This document shows, piece by piece, positions 34,336-43,942 of a DNA stretch of 64,000 nucleotides. The stretch lies in assembly GCA_034530875.2 (NCBI GenBank), contig JAVRCJ020000017.1, forward strand, positions 96,001-160,000, given 5' to 3'. The notes under the pieces are model-generated. The model was not told the DNA's origin. It worked only from the letters and a program-made list of their open reading frames with translations, and did no database searches. This DNA is from Nostoc sp. DedSLP01 (lineage in GTDB: Bacteria; Cyanobacteriota; Cyanobacteriia; Cyanobacteriales; Nostocaceae). A program made the position numbers and the translations under genes. The first letter of the stretch is position 1, and every line of letters begins with the position of its first letter.

Positions 34336-34774
34336 CCTCTCTCGCCCTTCTTCTTTCTGCACCTTCCGCTTCTCTGCGGTTCGTTTCCAACCATTGAATT
34401 ATTTCATCAGGTAATTCCTGCTTAACTCTACTACTCGCATTAATACAAACATGCCGAGTAACAGCCTTAGCAACTATCACCTCACCTACATTTATTTCAT
34501 AAGTAATTTCAAACTTATCAACACCCAATTTTTGGGGAATTAAACTAATCAATAACTTGTCCCCTACAAACATAGGACGCAAAAAATCCACACTCGCGTG
34601 AACGATGGGAAAAGCCACAGGTGGATTATTAAAAAAATCTTTGAGATTAATACTTGATGCTTCTAGAGATTCTTCATAAGCTTCATGACAAATACCCAAA
34701 ACATTGGCAAAATAAACTACCCCAGCAGCATCAGTATCTTGAAAGCGAACCGTGCGGTTATAAGTAAAAGCCAT
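34328..34774 (-). CDS. Hotdog-fold thioesterase (probable DHNA-CoA hydrolase)
   Basis: [16 protein letters not shown]; adjacent to the men genes. Confidence 0.85.
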   Translation of the reverse strand: MAFTYNRTVRFQDTDAAGVVYFANVLGICHEAYEESLEASSINLKDFFNNPPVAFPIVHASVDFLRPMFVGDKLLISLIPQKLGVDKFEITYEINVGEVIVAKAVTRHVCINASSRVKQELPDEIIQWLETNRREAEGAERRRAREVI

Positions 34775-34843
34775 GTTTGATAATTTGATATTCAAAAAGA
34801 ATAATAACTGTTAAATTGGCGATCGCTTCTATATTAACCGCAA

Positions 34844-35287
34844 CTATGTAACCTGAAAATCATTAAACGAGCAAAAATTATAAGACGAAGTACTCAAAGC
34901 TTTCACCAGCTTACCATCAAGAGTTAGCAAAGTCGCACCTACCTGCTGTGAAAGCGCAAGATAAGAACCATCGTAGGCAGAGATTTTATAAGTCAAGGCA
35001 ATACTAACTGCATCCGCCATCAAATCAGCCGTCGAGACAACACGTAAAGGGAAGCTTTTGAGAGTTGCTAAATCTGTCTGTACTTCAGCAGCAGTGTACA
35101 TCCTTGCACGGATGTACTTCAATAAAACGTTAGTACACTCGATATAAAAAAGGTCTGGTACGTAAATTTCAGTCTGTGGATTGCCAAGATGATCCAAGAG
35201 TTGATTAACTTTAGTAGTTAGTGGGTCAGCAATAAAATACTTGATGCACACACTGGTATCAATAACGCATCTGAGAGGATTACTCAT
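34844..35287 (-). CDS. vapC: PIN-domain toxin (VapC family)
   Basis: VIDTSV, PDLFYIEC.N, SAYDGSYLAL, LLTLD. Confidence 0.9.
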   Translation of the reverse strand: MSNPLRCVIDTSVCIKYFIADPLTTKVNQLLDHLGNPQTEIYVPDLFYIECTNVLLKYIRARMYTAAEVQTDLATLKSFPLRVVSTADLMADAVSIALTYKISAYDGSYLALSQQVGATLLTLDGKLVKALSTSSYNFCSFNDFQVT

Positions 35288-35553
35288 CTATCGCGGTCTT
35301 CTCGAATTAATTCAGTACTATCAGGTAATCCAAAGTCTGCTGGATTCAAGCGACGGCGACGCTGACTACTTTCTTCTAAAAGCTTGAGTACATTTTTTCG
35401 CCTTTCCTCTTCCGTAGACTGCATTTTTGCCTGCAAAGCATTCTGCAAAATTGTAATAACTTGAGCATCAATTGAATTATTTTCAGCTTTAGCTAACTCT
35501 TGCAGTTGTGCGTATAACTCATCAGGTATATTTAGCGCATGAAGGGTAGCCAT
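35284..35553 (-). CDS. FitA/VapB-like RHH antitoxin
   Basis: MATLHALNIPDELYAQL...NSIDAQV; C-terminal DSTELIREDRDR; ATGA overlap with vapC. Confidence 0.85.
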   Translation of the reverse strand: MATLHALNIPDELYAQLQELAKAENNSIDAQVITILQNALQAKMQSTEEERRKNVLKLLEESSQRRRRLNPADFGLPDSTELIREDRDR

Positions 35554-35657
35554 TGATTGACCTCCCAAAAGAGTTTATTGCTAATGTTAGCACGATGCAA
35601 GCAGCGAGCGACTTTAGAGGAACTGTTGACTGTTAACCGTCAACAGTCAACACTCAT

Positions 35658-36038
35658 CTATTTATTGAGTATTTCAATTGCTTCTTGAATCAATTGCTTA
35701 CTCTTGTGAAGATTTAGCAGTCTAGTTTGGTCGTAGCGTTCAGGCAGAGGCAGTAACTTACCCTCTAGCGTTGCGCGAATCAGCGCAGCTTGTTCGTCAG
35801 TAGGTTCTCCCATTTCACAAAGCATCGTGCCAAGCGCTTCAGTACTTCTCCAACTAGGATTCCTTAAACCTGTTTTGTGGTCTTGGAACTGCCTAATAGC
35901 TTGTACAGCAAAAGCCAATAACGGAGTAATCCAGCTTGTTTTATACCCTGGATTCCCTACAGGCTTGACTCCATACCGCGCAGCTAAATCTTTCAATTCT
36001 TTAAGGGTTTTGCTTTCAAGTTCAGAACGTGTAAACAT
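35658..36038 (-). CDS. Hypothetical protein with N-terminal Rho_N/SAP-like helix-extension-helix
   Basis: ELESKTLKELKDLAARYGV...K..WI pattern. Confidence 0.65.
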   Translation of the reverse strand: MFTRSELESKTLKELKDLAARYGVKPVGNPGYKTSWITPLLAFAVQAIRQFQDHKTGLRNPSWRSTEALGTMLCEMGEPTDEQAALIRATLEGKLLPLPERYDQTRLLNLHKSKQLIQEAIEILNK

Positions 36039-36158
36039 AGAAATGCCTAATTTTGTAATTGGGTTTGGCAGCTACTCTAACTTGCTAGGTCTGGCTAGCT
36101 GCCAATTATAATATCGCATGAAGTCTTGCGATAAGTCAATATATAAGCCAATATTTTT

Positions 36159-36368
36159 ATGCCTAATTACGAAGAAAAACCTTATTTAAAAAAGCATCAA
36201 TTTACCACTAACAGGGAAGAACCATTGACTGCAAAAATAACTCTCAGACTTCCCCCATCAATGCTGGAAAAATTAAAAGGTCTAGATAACTACCCAGAAT
36301 TTATCAGGCAAGCAATTTCTGATGCATTAAATAAGCTAGAAAATTCAAAAGACACTACAGGAGATTAA
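36159..36368 (+). CDS. Small RHH/CopG-like DNA-binding protein
   Basis: KITLRLPPSMLEKLK...EFIRQAISDAL. Confidence 0.7.
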   Translation: MPNYEEKPYLKKHQFTTNREEPLTAKITLRLPPSMLEKLKGLDNYPEFIRQAISDALNKLENSKDTTGD

Positions 36369-36458
36369 TTTTTTAATGCGGCATTGTGTTGGGTTTCTTT
36401 CCTCAACCCAACCTACACAGATGAAGATTTTTAGGATTAACACGAAACTTAATATAAG

Positions 36459-36986
36459 TTACTTACCCTTTTTTCTCTTTCCTTTGGGTTGATACTCAAC
36501 ACCTCGTAGAAAGTCACCTAAATCCGAATTCTTGCTAATATCATAATTACCGTCACCAAACTGCTCTTTTAATTGCTGTTTATATTTATCAATCTCTTGC
36601 GGTGCAGAACTATTAGATTTAATATATACTTTTGGAATAAAGTTTAGCGATGTTCCACACTGTTTCAAGAATTTGAGGAAATATTTATATGTAGTTATAA
36701 CTTGCTCTGTAGCTGTTTTTATGTGACCACCTTTTAATTCTACAAAGCAGATTATTCTTATATTCTCTTTTGCATAGAAGACGATTAAATCACAGATTTT
36801 CATTCCTTCTCTATCTAATCCTAATAGTTGACGCAAATTACAATTAGGGTTGGATTGATTATCTATACAAAAAAAGAGAATTGTTTCACCACTAGATGGT
36901 TTGATATTTATCTCTACTCCCTTTTCTGTATAACTTGTTTTTCCTGGTAGCAAACAACTCGATAATAATAAATTATTTAAAGGCAT
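36459..36986 (-). CDS. Hypothetical protein, PD-(D/E)xK-like nuclease candidate
   Basis: ICDLIVF...ICFVELKG...A.EQV pattern; directly downstream of the ATPase. Confidence 0.6.
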   Translation of the reverse strand: MPLNNLLLSSCLLPGKTSYTEKGVEINIKPSSGETILFFCIDNQSNPNCNLRQLLGLDREGMKICDLIVFYAKENIRIICFVELKGGHIKTATEQVITTYKYFLKFLKQCGTSLNFIPKVYIKSNSSAPQEIDKYKQQLKEQFGDGNYDISKNSDLGDFLRGVEYQPKGKRKKGK

Positions 36987-37015
36987 TCTTAAATCACTCC
37001 TAATATTAAGAGTGA

Positions 37016-38467
37016 TTATGGGAATATATGGGAAATATCATCAGATACATTACCAAATGTACGCCAATCTATACGCCCTTCTTCATTTAAGATACTCTTA
37101 GCTGTACCATTTTCAAACACATATACAGAAACTTTTTCTTGAGGGATAAAAGCTTCTGTTTGTTCTAGATAAAATCTCTCTTTTATGCTCTCTTTATCTT
37201 GATATTTAGCCGCTTGCATCAAATTTTCCAGATGATCGACAATATAAGGGCTATGAGTTGTAATTATCACATTCAAACCTGCTTGAACTAACATTGCTAA
37301 AAATTCACTTATTTCTACTTGGGCTGCTGGATGTAGATTCATTTCTGGCTCATCAATAATTAACAACTCATCTGGTTCAGCTAGGTAGCGCAAGCAAAGA
37401 ACCAAAGGAGCTAGTTCTTTAATCATCGAAGAAGCGACTGTCATCTCCAATTTTATATTTTCTACTGGCTGAAAAATTATTTCATTTCCTAATCCAGACT
37501 CATTAAAATCTATTTCACCTTGTAAAATTTTTTTTTCTAATATTTCAGCTAATTTAATATAAACTGAAATTTCGGGTGTTCTTTCTATTTCTTCCTCTCT
37601 TTCAGTTGATGTTTTTAGATACACACTAGCTAATGTTTCGATTAAACTTTGAACTGCTGCACTTTTATTTTTGAGCTTTTGTTCTGATATAATTTTATCT
37701 ATATTATTTTTTTTTTGATTTTTTTCTACTTCATCTATTTGTTCTAATTTTTTTATTTCTTTATTAAGCGAAAAGGGAAATGTTATAAAAGTATTTCTCT
37801 CTGTAGGAAAGATATAAACATAAGAATAAAAAGCTTTATGAATTATTTTAAAAATTTCTTCAACCAAAAATCTCTTAAAAGCTATCTTAGGTAATTTTTC
37901 GACAAAAGCGCTTTCAGAAATAACATAAAAATGAATATTTTCTTCGCCTACTTCTTTGAGTATATGTAAAAAATCTTTACCTTTATAACCAAAAGAAATT
38001 CTTTTTTCTAAAGCAGATTTTCTGATATTTTCAAAAATTTTATCTTTGGTTTCAGCTAAATTAAACCTTACATTCATTTTTTCAAATTTTCCAAGCTCAG
38101 TACCGAGAAAGTTTTTCATCCAGCTATGAGATGAAAGAGAAACATCATTAATATATTTTTCAGCATACTCTTTGGCAAAATTAATTAAATTAATGCGAAC
38201 ATTTCCTTCTTTCCAAAAATCTTCAATAGCCTTGTCTATGACTGGATATTTTTGATGAGTCTTTCCATCAATATAAATCTTTAAGTATTTTTCAAATCCA
38301 TGTTTTCCTAAAATAGAGGCTAAAGTGTATGCTGTCCAAGTTTTACCTGTGCCGTTGCCACCAATAAAGATGGTAAGAGGTTTAAAGTCAATCTCAGCTT
38401 TTTCAATAACGCCTAAGTTAAAAATTTCTACTTTCATGCTACATTCACTTGGATTACTTATAATCAA
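37016..38467 (-). CDS. ABC-type AAA ATPase (AAA_15/AAA_21-like)
   Basis: GGNGTGKT, signature-like ASSMIKE, LIIDEPEMNLHP, TTHS; no TM; likely start 38437. Confidence 0.9.
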   Translation of the reverse strand: MIISNPSECSMKVEIFNLGVIEKAEIDFKPLTIFIGGNGTGKTWTAYTLASILGKHGFEKYLKIYIDGKTHQKYPVIDKAIEDFWKEGNVRINLINFAKEYAEKYINDVSLSSHSWMKNFLGTELGKFEKMNVRFNLAETKDKIFENIRKSALEKRISFGYKGKDFLHILKEVGEENIHFYVISESAFVEKLPKIAFKRFLVEEIFKIIHKAFYSYVYIFPTERNTFITFPFSLNKEIKKLEQIDEVEKNQKKNNIDKIISEQKLKNKSAAVQSLIETLASVYLKTSTEREEEIERTPEISVYIKLAEILEKKILQGEIDFNESGLGNEIIFQPVENIKLEMTVASSMIKELAPLVLCLRYLAEPDELLIIDEPEMNLHPAAQVEISEFLAMLVQAGLNVIITTHSPYIVDHLENLMQAAKYQDKESIKERFYLEQTEAFIPQEKVSVYVFENGTAKSILNEEGRIDWRTFGNVSDDISHIFP

Positions 38468-38656
38468 ATATATATTTAATCAAATCTTACAGTTGGCTGG
38501 ATTACATATTTGAACGGTTATACTTGCAATGATAGCAAGGCTCACTCTTTCCTTAAAATTAAATGCAAAATAAATAAATTTGACTAACCCTCAGTTAGTT
38601 CAACAATATGAATCTCTGAGAGTAGAAGCTCAATGCTATATTTAGAACTTTTTCAA

Positions 38657-38741
38657 CGGAGAAGGGGAGATTCGAACTCCCGGAACCTTTCGGTTCATCC
38701 GATTTCAAGTCGGACGCAATCGACCACTCTGCCACCTCTCC
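38657..38741 (-). tRNA. trnS: tRNA-Ser(TGA)
   Basis: Reverse complement GGAGAGGTGGCAGAGTGGTCG...GACTTGAAATC, long variable arm, TTCGAATC. Confidence 0.96.
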
Positions 38742-38818
38742 AAATAAACTGTCGAGCTAATGGCTACGCGCATTTGTCGGTTAGCGCCAAAGCTGACAGA
38801 TCATACTATATCTTATCA

Positions 38819-39748
38819 CTACGCAGGTTGCACTACTGGATGCGATCGCTCATAAAAAATTTCCTCTGACACCACCTGAAAGTCATTCCCCACCCACACT
38901 AAGGAGGCTTGCTCAACCACACCCGCCTTCAAAGAAACCAAGGAAAAATTACGCAGCTTCTCGCCGTCATTTTCTACTATCCTGGGCACAGTTGCCGCAT
39001 TCAAGTAAATTGTTCCCTCTGGACTTCTAAAAACGGGTTTTCGCAGTTCTTTCTTTGTGTGCCGTAAAGTTCGGTGCATGTGACCAAATGTCACCAGGGG
39101 AATGGTCTTACCAGCAGTAACAGCCTGAGAAATCGCCTCAGCAAAATCTGGATCGCCAAAGTCGCCACCAATAGGATGCCAGTCTTTGCCGCAGGGGTCT
39201 TCTGGCCGATCGCCTAAACCACTAGGCCCGTTATGACCGAGAAAAATAATCGTTTGGTAAGCCGCGCTTTTCACAGCTTTGACGATGCGATCGGCAGATT
39301 CTTCCAAATCTGTGACACCGTAACGTTCGCGACAGATATCAGCAAATTTCCATTCCGGGCCGCCCCAAGTAAAGGGACGACCTCCGACTACAGTTAATTC
39401 CCAAGCCGGAAAATCTAATTTTCCGTAACCGACATGGGCAGGGCCTAATAAATCGAGTTGTTCCTCTACCCAGTCTTCCTTGGAACGGTCGTAGGGGCAC
39501 TTTTTGCGCCCCCATTCTGTAGCTGTGAACCAAGCATCGTGGTTGCCCATAACTGCTGCTTTGGGAATGTCAACAGAAGCGATCGCTTTTACCACTTCCA
39601 CCGACTCGTTACCAAAATCCCCAACAAACAGCACTAGATCGACACCCAGATGCTTGAGTGCAATGCCATCTTCTACTTCCCATTGGTCGTGAACATCTCC
39701 AACTACAGCAATTTTGAGGGTTATCGAATGAGTTTTCTGACTGGTCAT
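38819..39748 (-). CDS. devT: Metallophosphoesterase, TIGR04168/DevT-like
   Basis: GDVHD, VGDFG, GNHD, GHNG, GHMH; divergent from nadA. Confidence 0.8.
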   Translation of the reverse strand: MTSQKTHSITLKIAVVGDVHDQWEVEDGIALKHLGVDLVLFVGDFGNESVEVVKAIASVDIPKAAVMGNHDAWFTATEWGRKKCPYDRSKEDWVEEQLDLLGPAHVGYGKLDFPAWELTVVGGRPFTWGGPEWKFADICRERYGVTDLEESADRIVKAVKSAAYQTIIFLGHNGPSGLGDRPEDPCGKDWHPIGGDFGDPDFAEAISQAVTAGKTIPLVTFGHMHRTLRHTKKELRKPVFRSPEGTIYLNAATVPRIVENDGEKLRNFSLVSLKAGVVEQASLVWVGNDFQVVSEEIFYERSHPVVQPA

Positions 39749-39900
39749 GCCACTTTCCTTGCCGTCTATCTCCAGGATAGGAAACTCAGGCTGATTTGGA
39801 CATTATCTTGTCGGAAATCAACCCCCCCACTATTTTTGGTAAAAACTACTATAATTAATGTAACAAGACTACAAATTGCAACTAAGAGCAACCCATAACT

Positions 39901-40875
39901 GTGTTTACGACTGCACTAGCTCAACGAGAACAAACCCAACCGGGCGAACTACCATTAGATTTATTTAGCGCCATTGAAAGCCTCAAAAAAGAACTTAACG
40001 CGGTGATTCTGGCGCATTACTATCAAGAACCGGATATTCAAGATATTGCAGACTTTATTGGCGATTCCTTACAGCTGGCAAAAGCAGCACAAAATACCAG
40101 TGCAGATGTAATCGTCTTTGCTGGCGTTCACTTCATGGCAGAAACGGCAAAGATACTCAATCCCGATAAATTAGTACTTTTACCAGATTTGAATGCAGGT
40201 TGCTCTTTAGCAGATAGTTGTCCGCCAAAGGAATTTGCCGCTTTTAAAGCAGCGCATCCAAATCACCTAGTAGTGTCTTATATCAACTGCTCTGCTGACA
40301 TTAAGGCAATGAGCGATATTATTTGTACTAGTTCCAATGCTGTCAAAATCGTACAGCAAATACCTAAAGAGCAGCCGATTATTTTTGCCCCAGACAGAAA
40401 TTTAGGGCGCTACGTCATGGAACAAACTGGACGAGACTTGGTGCTGTGGCAAGGTAGCTGTGTCGTTCATGAAACCTTTTCCGAAAAGAAAATTGTCGAA
40501 TTAAAGATTGCCCACCCCCAAGCAGAGGCGATCGCCCACCCAGAATGTGAAACTAGTGTATTGCGCCACGCCAGCTTTATTGGTTCCACAGCAGCTTTAC
40601 TCAAACATTGTCAAAACAGTTCCTCCCAGGAATTTATCGTGGCAACGGAACCGGGAATCATTCACCAAATGCAAAAACTAGCTCCCGAAAAGCGCTTCAT
40701 TCCCGCGCCGCCAATGAATAACTGCGCTTGTAACGAATGTCCCTTTATGCGCTTAAACACCCTAGAAAAGCTCTACTGGGCGATGAAAAATCGCACTCCG
40801 GAAATCACCATGTCAGAAGACATCCGCCTTGCAGCTCTGCGGCCAATGCAACGAATGCTAGAGATGAGTGTGTAG
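39901..40875 (+). CDS. nadA: Quinolinate synthase A
   Basis: ILAHYYQ, GVHFMAE, GCSLA, YINCS, AHPEC, CPFM. Confidence 0.97.
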   Translation: MFTTALAQREQTQPGELPLDLFSAIESLKKELNAVILAHYYQEPDIQDIADFIGDSLQLAKAAQNTSADVIVFAGVHFMAETAKILNPDKLVLLPDLNAGCSLADSCPPKEFAAFKAAHPNHLVVSYINCSADIKAMSDIICTSSNAVKIVQQIPKEQPIIFAPDRNLGRYVMEQTGRDLVLWQGSCVVHETFSEKKIVELKIAHPQAEAIAHPECETSVLRHASFIGSTAALLKHCQNSSSQEFIVATEPGIIHQMQKLAPEKRFIPAPPMNNCACNECPFMRLNTLEKLYWAMKNRTPEITMSEDIRLAALRPMQRMLEMSV

Positions 40876-40950
40876 TTAGCATCAGTTGTTGCAAATTGTA
40901 GAGACGTGATTTTATTGCGTCTCTAGCAAAAATTTATTTTTATTATCTAC

Positions 40951-40979
40951 TTGAAATTTCTAAAAGCCAGTGCTATGAT
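40951..40979 (+). promoter_or_regulatory. Sigma70-type promoter of the tRNA-Tyr/Thr operon
   Basis: TTGAAA-17 bp-TATGAT with TGn extension. Confidence 0.7.
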
Positions 40980-40999
40980 GTTAAATCGTGAGACAAATC

Positions 41000-41082
41000 G
41001 GGTCGGTGTCCGAGTGGTTAATGGAGACGGACTGTAAATCCGTTGGCTAGCGCCTACGCTGGTTCAAATCCAGCCCGGCCCA
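41000..41082 (+). tRNA. trnY: tRNA-Tyr(GTA)
   Basis: GGGTCGGTGTCCGAGTGGTTAA...CTGTAAATC...TTCAAATCC...GGCCCA. Confidence 0.96.
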
Positions 41083-41162
41083 CCTCTCACGATTTAATAA
41101 AGCTATAATGCAGGGTAATATTGAAAAAGCCCAAAAATATAGCTGAAAAAAAGCTGTTTTCC

Positions 41163-41234
41163 GCCCGTGTGGCTCAGTGGTAGAGCACACCCTTGGTAAG
41201 GGTGAGGTCACGAGTTCAATCCTCGTCACGGGCT
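41163..41234 (+). tRNA. trnT: tRNA-Thr(GGT); integration target
   Basis: GCCCGTGTGGCTCAGTGGTAGAGC...CTTGGTAAG...TTCAATCC...CACGGGCT. Confidence 0.96.
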
Positions 41235-41236
41235 TG
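41187..41236 (+). repeat. attL core (50 bp, 3' part of tRNA-Thr)
   Basis: Identical to 48142-48191. Confidence 0.95.
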
Positions 41237-41621
41237 TCCTAGAGAAATCTAGTAGTCCTAAAGCACCTTAACTTGTCCTAAGGCTGTCCTAAGCTTAAGA
41301 CAGTTTAAGCCGCTTGGCAATATTGGCTCCTAGAGGTACTAGAGTACCAATGCGGTTAAGTGCAACTAAATAGCCCTTAAAATCCGCAGGATGCTTACAG
41401 GGTGGGACTTTACACCTACAACATCCACGTTCACCTCAGTTGTCCTCTGGCGATCGCACAGAGTCACTATAAGGGTTACAAGAGACTACAGGGATATCAA
41501 AAATCCCCTAGATGGTTTGTTATCTCTAAGGGATTTTAGGGGTAATCTGGGGGATTCTGGAAGATTCTGAGGGGATTACTTGATCATGGGGTAGATTTCC
41601 CTCATCATTCCCGTAGTGCGC

Positions 41622-42092
41622 CTAGTTGTCCCCGGTATCATCAGGAAGCCCCATTGATTCCTCTAGGCTTCCAATATTGAAGGTTACATGCGTCACAGGG
41701 TCAGGCTGGTTGTACTGTAGTTGATACTTCAGAAGCCCCGATGCAGTCTCAATCATTTCTCGTAGTGCCCTGGCGGTGCTTAGGTCGCCAGTGGTCTTAA
41801 AGGAATCACTCAGGACATCTACAGTATACAAGGTGGTCTTCAGTAGCCCCTTGAGCTTATCTGAGTCCGATAAGTCATCATAGCTATTGGGGTCTACAGG
41901 GGTATTTAGGGTAGCCTTGGGTAATGTCTTGTCCTTATAGCCATAAATCTGCCTAGCTGTTACCTTATGGCCTCTGGCTACTAGCCATTTAGCGATCGCT
42001 GGTGCTGGGATGCTTTTAGCTAGCTGTGCGTCTACAGCTTCCCTGATGTCATCTGGTAGTAGCTCGACTACACAGGATTTCTTATTAGCCAT
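41622..42092 (-). CDS. Phage Mu gp27/DUF3486-like protein (terminase-small-subunit-like candidate)
   Basis: N-terminus KSCVVELLPDDIREAVDAQL...IAKWLVARGHKVTARQIYGY resembles the DUF3486 HTH; helical C-terminus. Confidence 0.55.
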   Translation of the reverse strand: MANKKSCVVELLPDDIREAVDAQLAKSIPAPAIAKWLVARGHKVTARQIYGYKDKTLPKATLNTPVDPNSYDDLSDSDKLKGLLKTTLYTVDVLSDSFKTTGDLSTARALREMIETASGLLKYQLQYNQPDPVTHVTFNIGSLEESMGLPDDTGDN

Positions 42093-42343
42093 TATTTACC
42101 CCTTAGATTTCTAATCTGTGCCCAGTACATACTGCGCTGATCACAGGCTTTAATCCTAGATGCAGCTTGGCTTTCCTTAGTATCTTTAGATGCGTCTTGG
42201 CGCTCCTTAAAATCCCCAGATGAGGCTTGCTTGCGCCCCAATATCTCTAGTAGCCTCCGTCTTTGCTCAGGGGTTAGTTGGCGGTATAGGGATTTCTGTT
42301 TAGGATTTAGGGTTTTTAAAATAGCTAGTTGCTTAGGGGTCAT
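42092..42343 (-). CDS. Hypothetical protein (basic, 83 aa)
   Basis: ORF with upstream AGGA; stop overlaps the next start (TAATG). Confidence 0.65.
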   Translation of the reverse strand: MTPKQLAILKTLNPKQKSLYRQLTPEQRRRLLEILGRKQASSGDFKERQDASKDTKESQAASRIKACDQRSMYWAQIRNLRGK

Positions 42344-42464
42344 CGGGGTATCCTTTGGTCTTTGGCGTTGTCTGTATACTTATTTAGTCCTGGGTGATTG
42401 GTATCCTTGACCTCAGTTATTTACCAGAATAGACTGAGATGAGTAATATTAGATACCAGTAAAG

Positions 42465-42965
42465 TTGATGCTAAATAACCTCATAAAGTTGATTAAGAAG
42501 AACCCTAGAGAAGCGGTAGTTATATTAATAATCTTATTGATTCTGTATTCAGGGGCACATCAGCCCCCCAACCAGTCACAGGGACAAGCCCAAACTCAAG
42601 CCCAGGTCAGTGATCCGACCGATTATGTGGATGATGAACCCTTTGATAGTAGCGAGTGTAAGGTTTATTATGCTGGTGTGTTATTGGGCGCTAATGTATT
42701 CCGATTCCGTCATGGCTCCAGTGGGACATACCTAATGTTTACAGATAGCGATCAGTTGGTAAATAAGGCTCAAAACAGAGGTATAGATATTTGGCTGGCT
42801 AGATCGGATTTCCTAAATATGCTAGGTAGTGACCTAATGCAGCAGATGGAGCCAGAAGTTAGGGAGGTATTTGCTAGAAGACTAGATGGCGCTAGTTATG
42901 TGGCTGTAGTGGATGATAGCTTGATTACTAGAGCGAGTGGTGCTGCTAATGATTGTGTAAGGTAG
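42465..42965 (+). CDS. Hypothetical membrane-anchored protein (element cargo)
   Basis: Single N-terminal hydrophobic helix, Q-rich linker, globular domain with two Cys. Confidence 0.7.
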   Translation: MMLNNLIKLIKKNPREAVVILIILLILYSGAHQPPNQSQGQAQTQAQVSDPTDYVDDEPFDSSECKVYYAGVLLGANVFRFRHGSSGTYLMFTDSDQLVNKAQNRGIDIWLARSDFLNMLGSDLMQQMEPEVREVFARRLDGASYVAVVDDSLITRASGAANDCVR

Positions 42966-43047
42966 GGCTTTACAGATTAAGCCCTCGGTGATTATCTAGA
43001 GGGATGCCGGACGCAGAGGGGCTATCTAGCCCCATCCTGATTATCTG

Positions 43048-43935
43048 TTAGGCAACTCCGGTGGATATAGCCGCATAATCTATCTTTCTGAAGTATCCTG
43101 TTTGATTCCAAATGCTATTATCCTGCTTGATAAAGTGTGTCCATACTCCCTCAATACAGATGTCTAGTACTGTTCGGTTAACCAGATCTTTGTAATCTAT
43201 GCCAAAGGTTTTATGTAGGTACTCTGAGGTAATGCCCGGTGTCCAATCTTCTACTAACTCTTCATCTTCGCCGTTTCGGTACTTATAGGGATCTTTACCT
43301 CTACCATTGTTAGCCTTAACTTCCTCTTCCTCTGTGTCCCAGGTTTCCGGGTCATACCCATAGGTTGTACCCAGTGGACTCATAAAGTAACCCTCTGGGC
43401 TAAGTGTTAAATCCCCTAGATCCGTCTCGATAATCCAGAAGGACATTCTACCTGTCTTTGTTTTACCCTCTTTGGTTATGATACCTAGATCAGGGTGGTA
43501 TCTATACTTATCTTTTCGCTTGTTATCATCTTTACTCCAGTATTGCTCAATACACTTACTGGTTAATAATATTGAGTACCTAACAGTTGACTGCTTAGTT
43601 ACCTCTTGCCCTGGCTTAAACTGATGCTCTGGCTCATCTTTTTTCTTGGTTAGTTCTTCCCTGATGGCTCTGTTTTCTTCGCTAAGTTTATGGATCTGAG
43701 CCTGTAGCATATCCAGTGCGTTCTGGGTATCCAAGGCTACCTCTGTGATTGGTCTGTTGCCCTCTAGTTGTTCTTTGACTTGCTGTGCAGCATCTAAGGA
43801 CTGGTAAACCTTGCCAGATAATGAATCCCTAATCGCATCTATGATGAACTGGTGCTTACTTGTGCCAGTTGTTTGTATAACGGCCTTGATCTGTTGTTCT
43901 AGTTCTTCAGTTAATCTAAGAGTCATGTTAGCCAT
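43048..43935 (-). CDS. RHH + coiled-coil + unknown-domain protein
   Basis: MTLRLTEELEQQIK...SKHQFIIDAIRDSL; likely ATG at 43935. Confidence 0.75.
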   Translation of the reverse strand: MANMTLRLTEELEQQIKAVIQTTGTSKHQFIIDAIRDSLSGKVYQSLDAAQQVKEQLEGNRPITEVALDTQNALDMLQAQIHKLSEENRAIREELTKKKDEPEHQFKPGQEVTKQSTVRYSILLTSKCIEQYWSKDDNKRKDKYRYHPDLGIITKEGKTKTGRMSFWIIETDLGDLTLSPEGYFMSPLGTTYGYDPETWDTEEEEVKANNGRGKDPYKYRNGEDEELVEDWTPGITSEYLHKTFGIDYKDLVNRTVLDICIEGVWTHFIKQDNSIWNQTGYFRKIDYAAISTGVA

Positions 43936-43942
43936 TTTCTTC

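Noticed and set aside
34800..38657. att-bounded island at tRNA-Ser
   Set aside because: I found no duplicated tRNA 3' end or integrase, so it is reported only as an accessory islet.
41461..41476. T7-like promoter resemblance (GAGTCACTATAAGGG; also CACTAAAGAGAG in one 38-bp repeat)
   Set aside because: Short partial match, not shared by the other repeat copies; could easily be chance.
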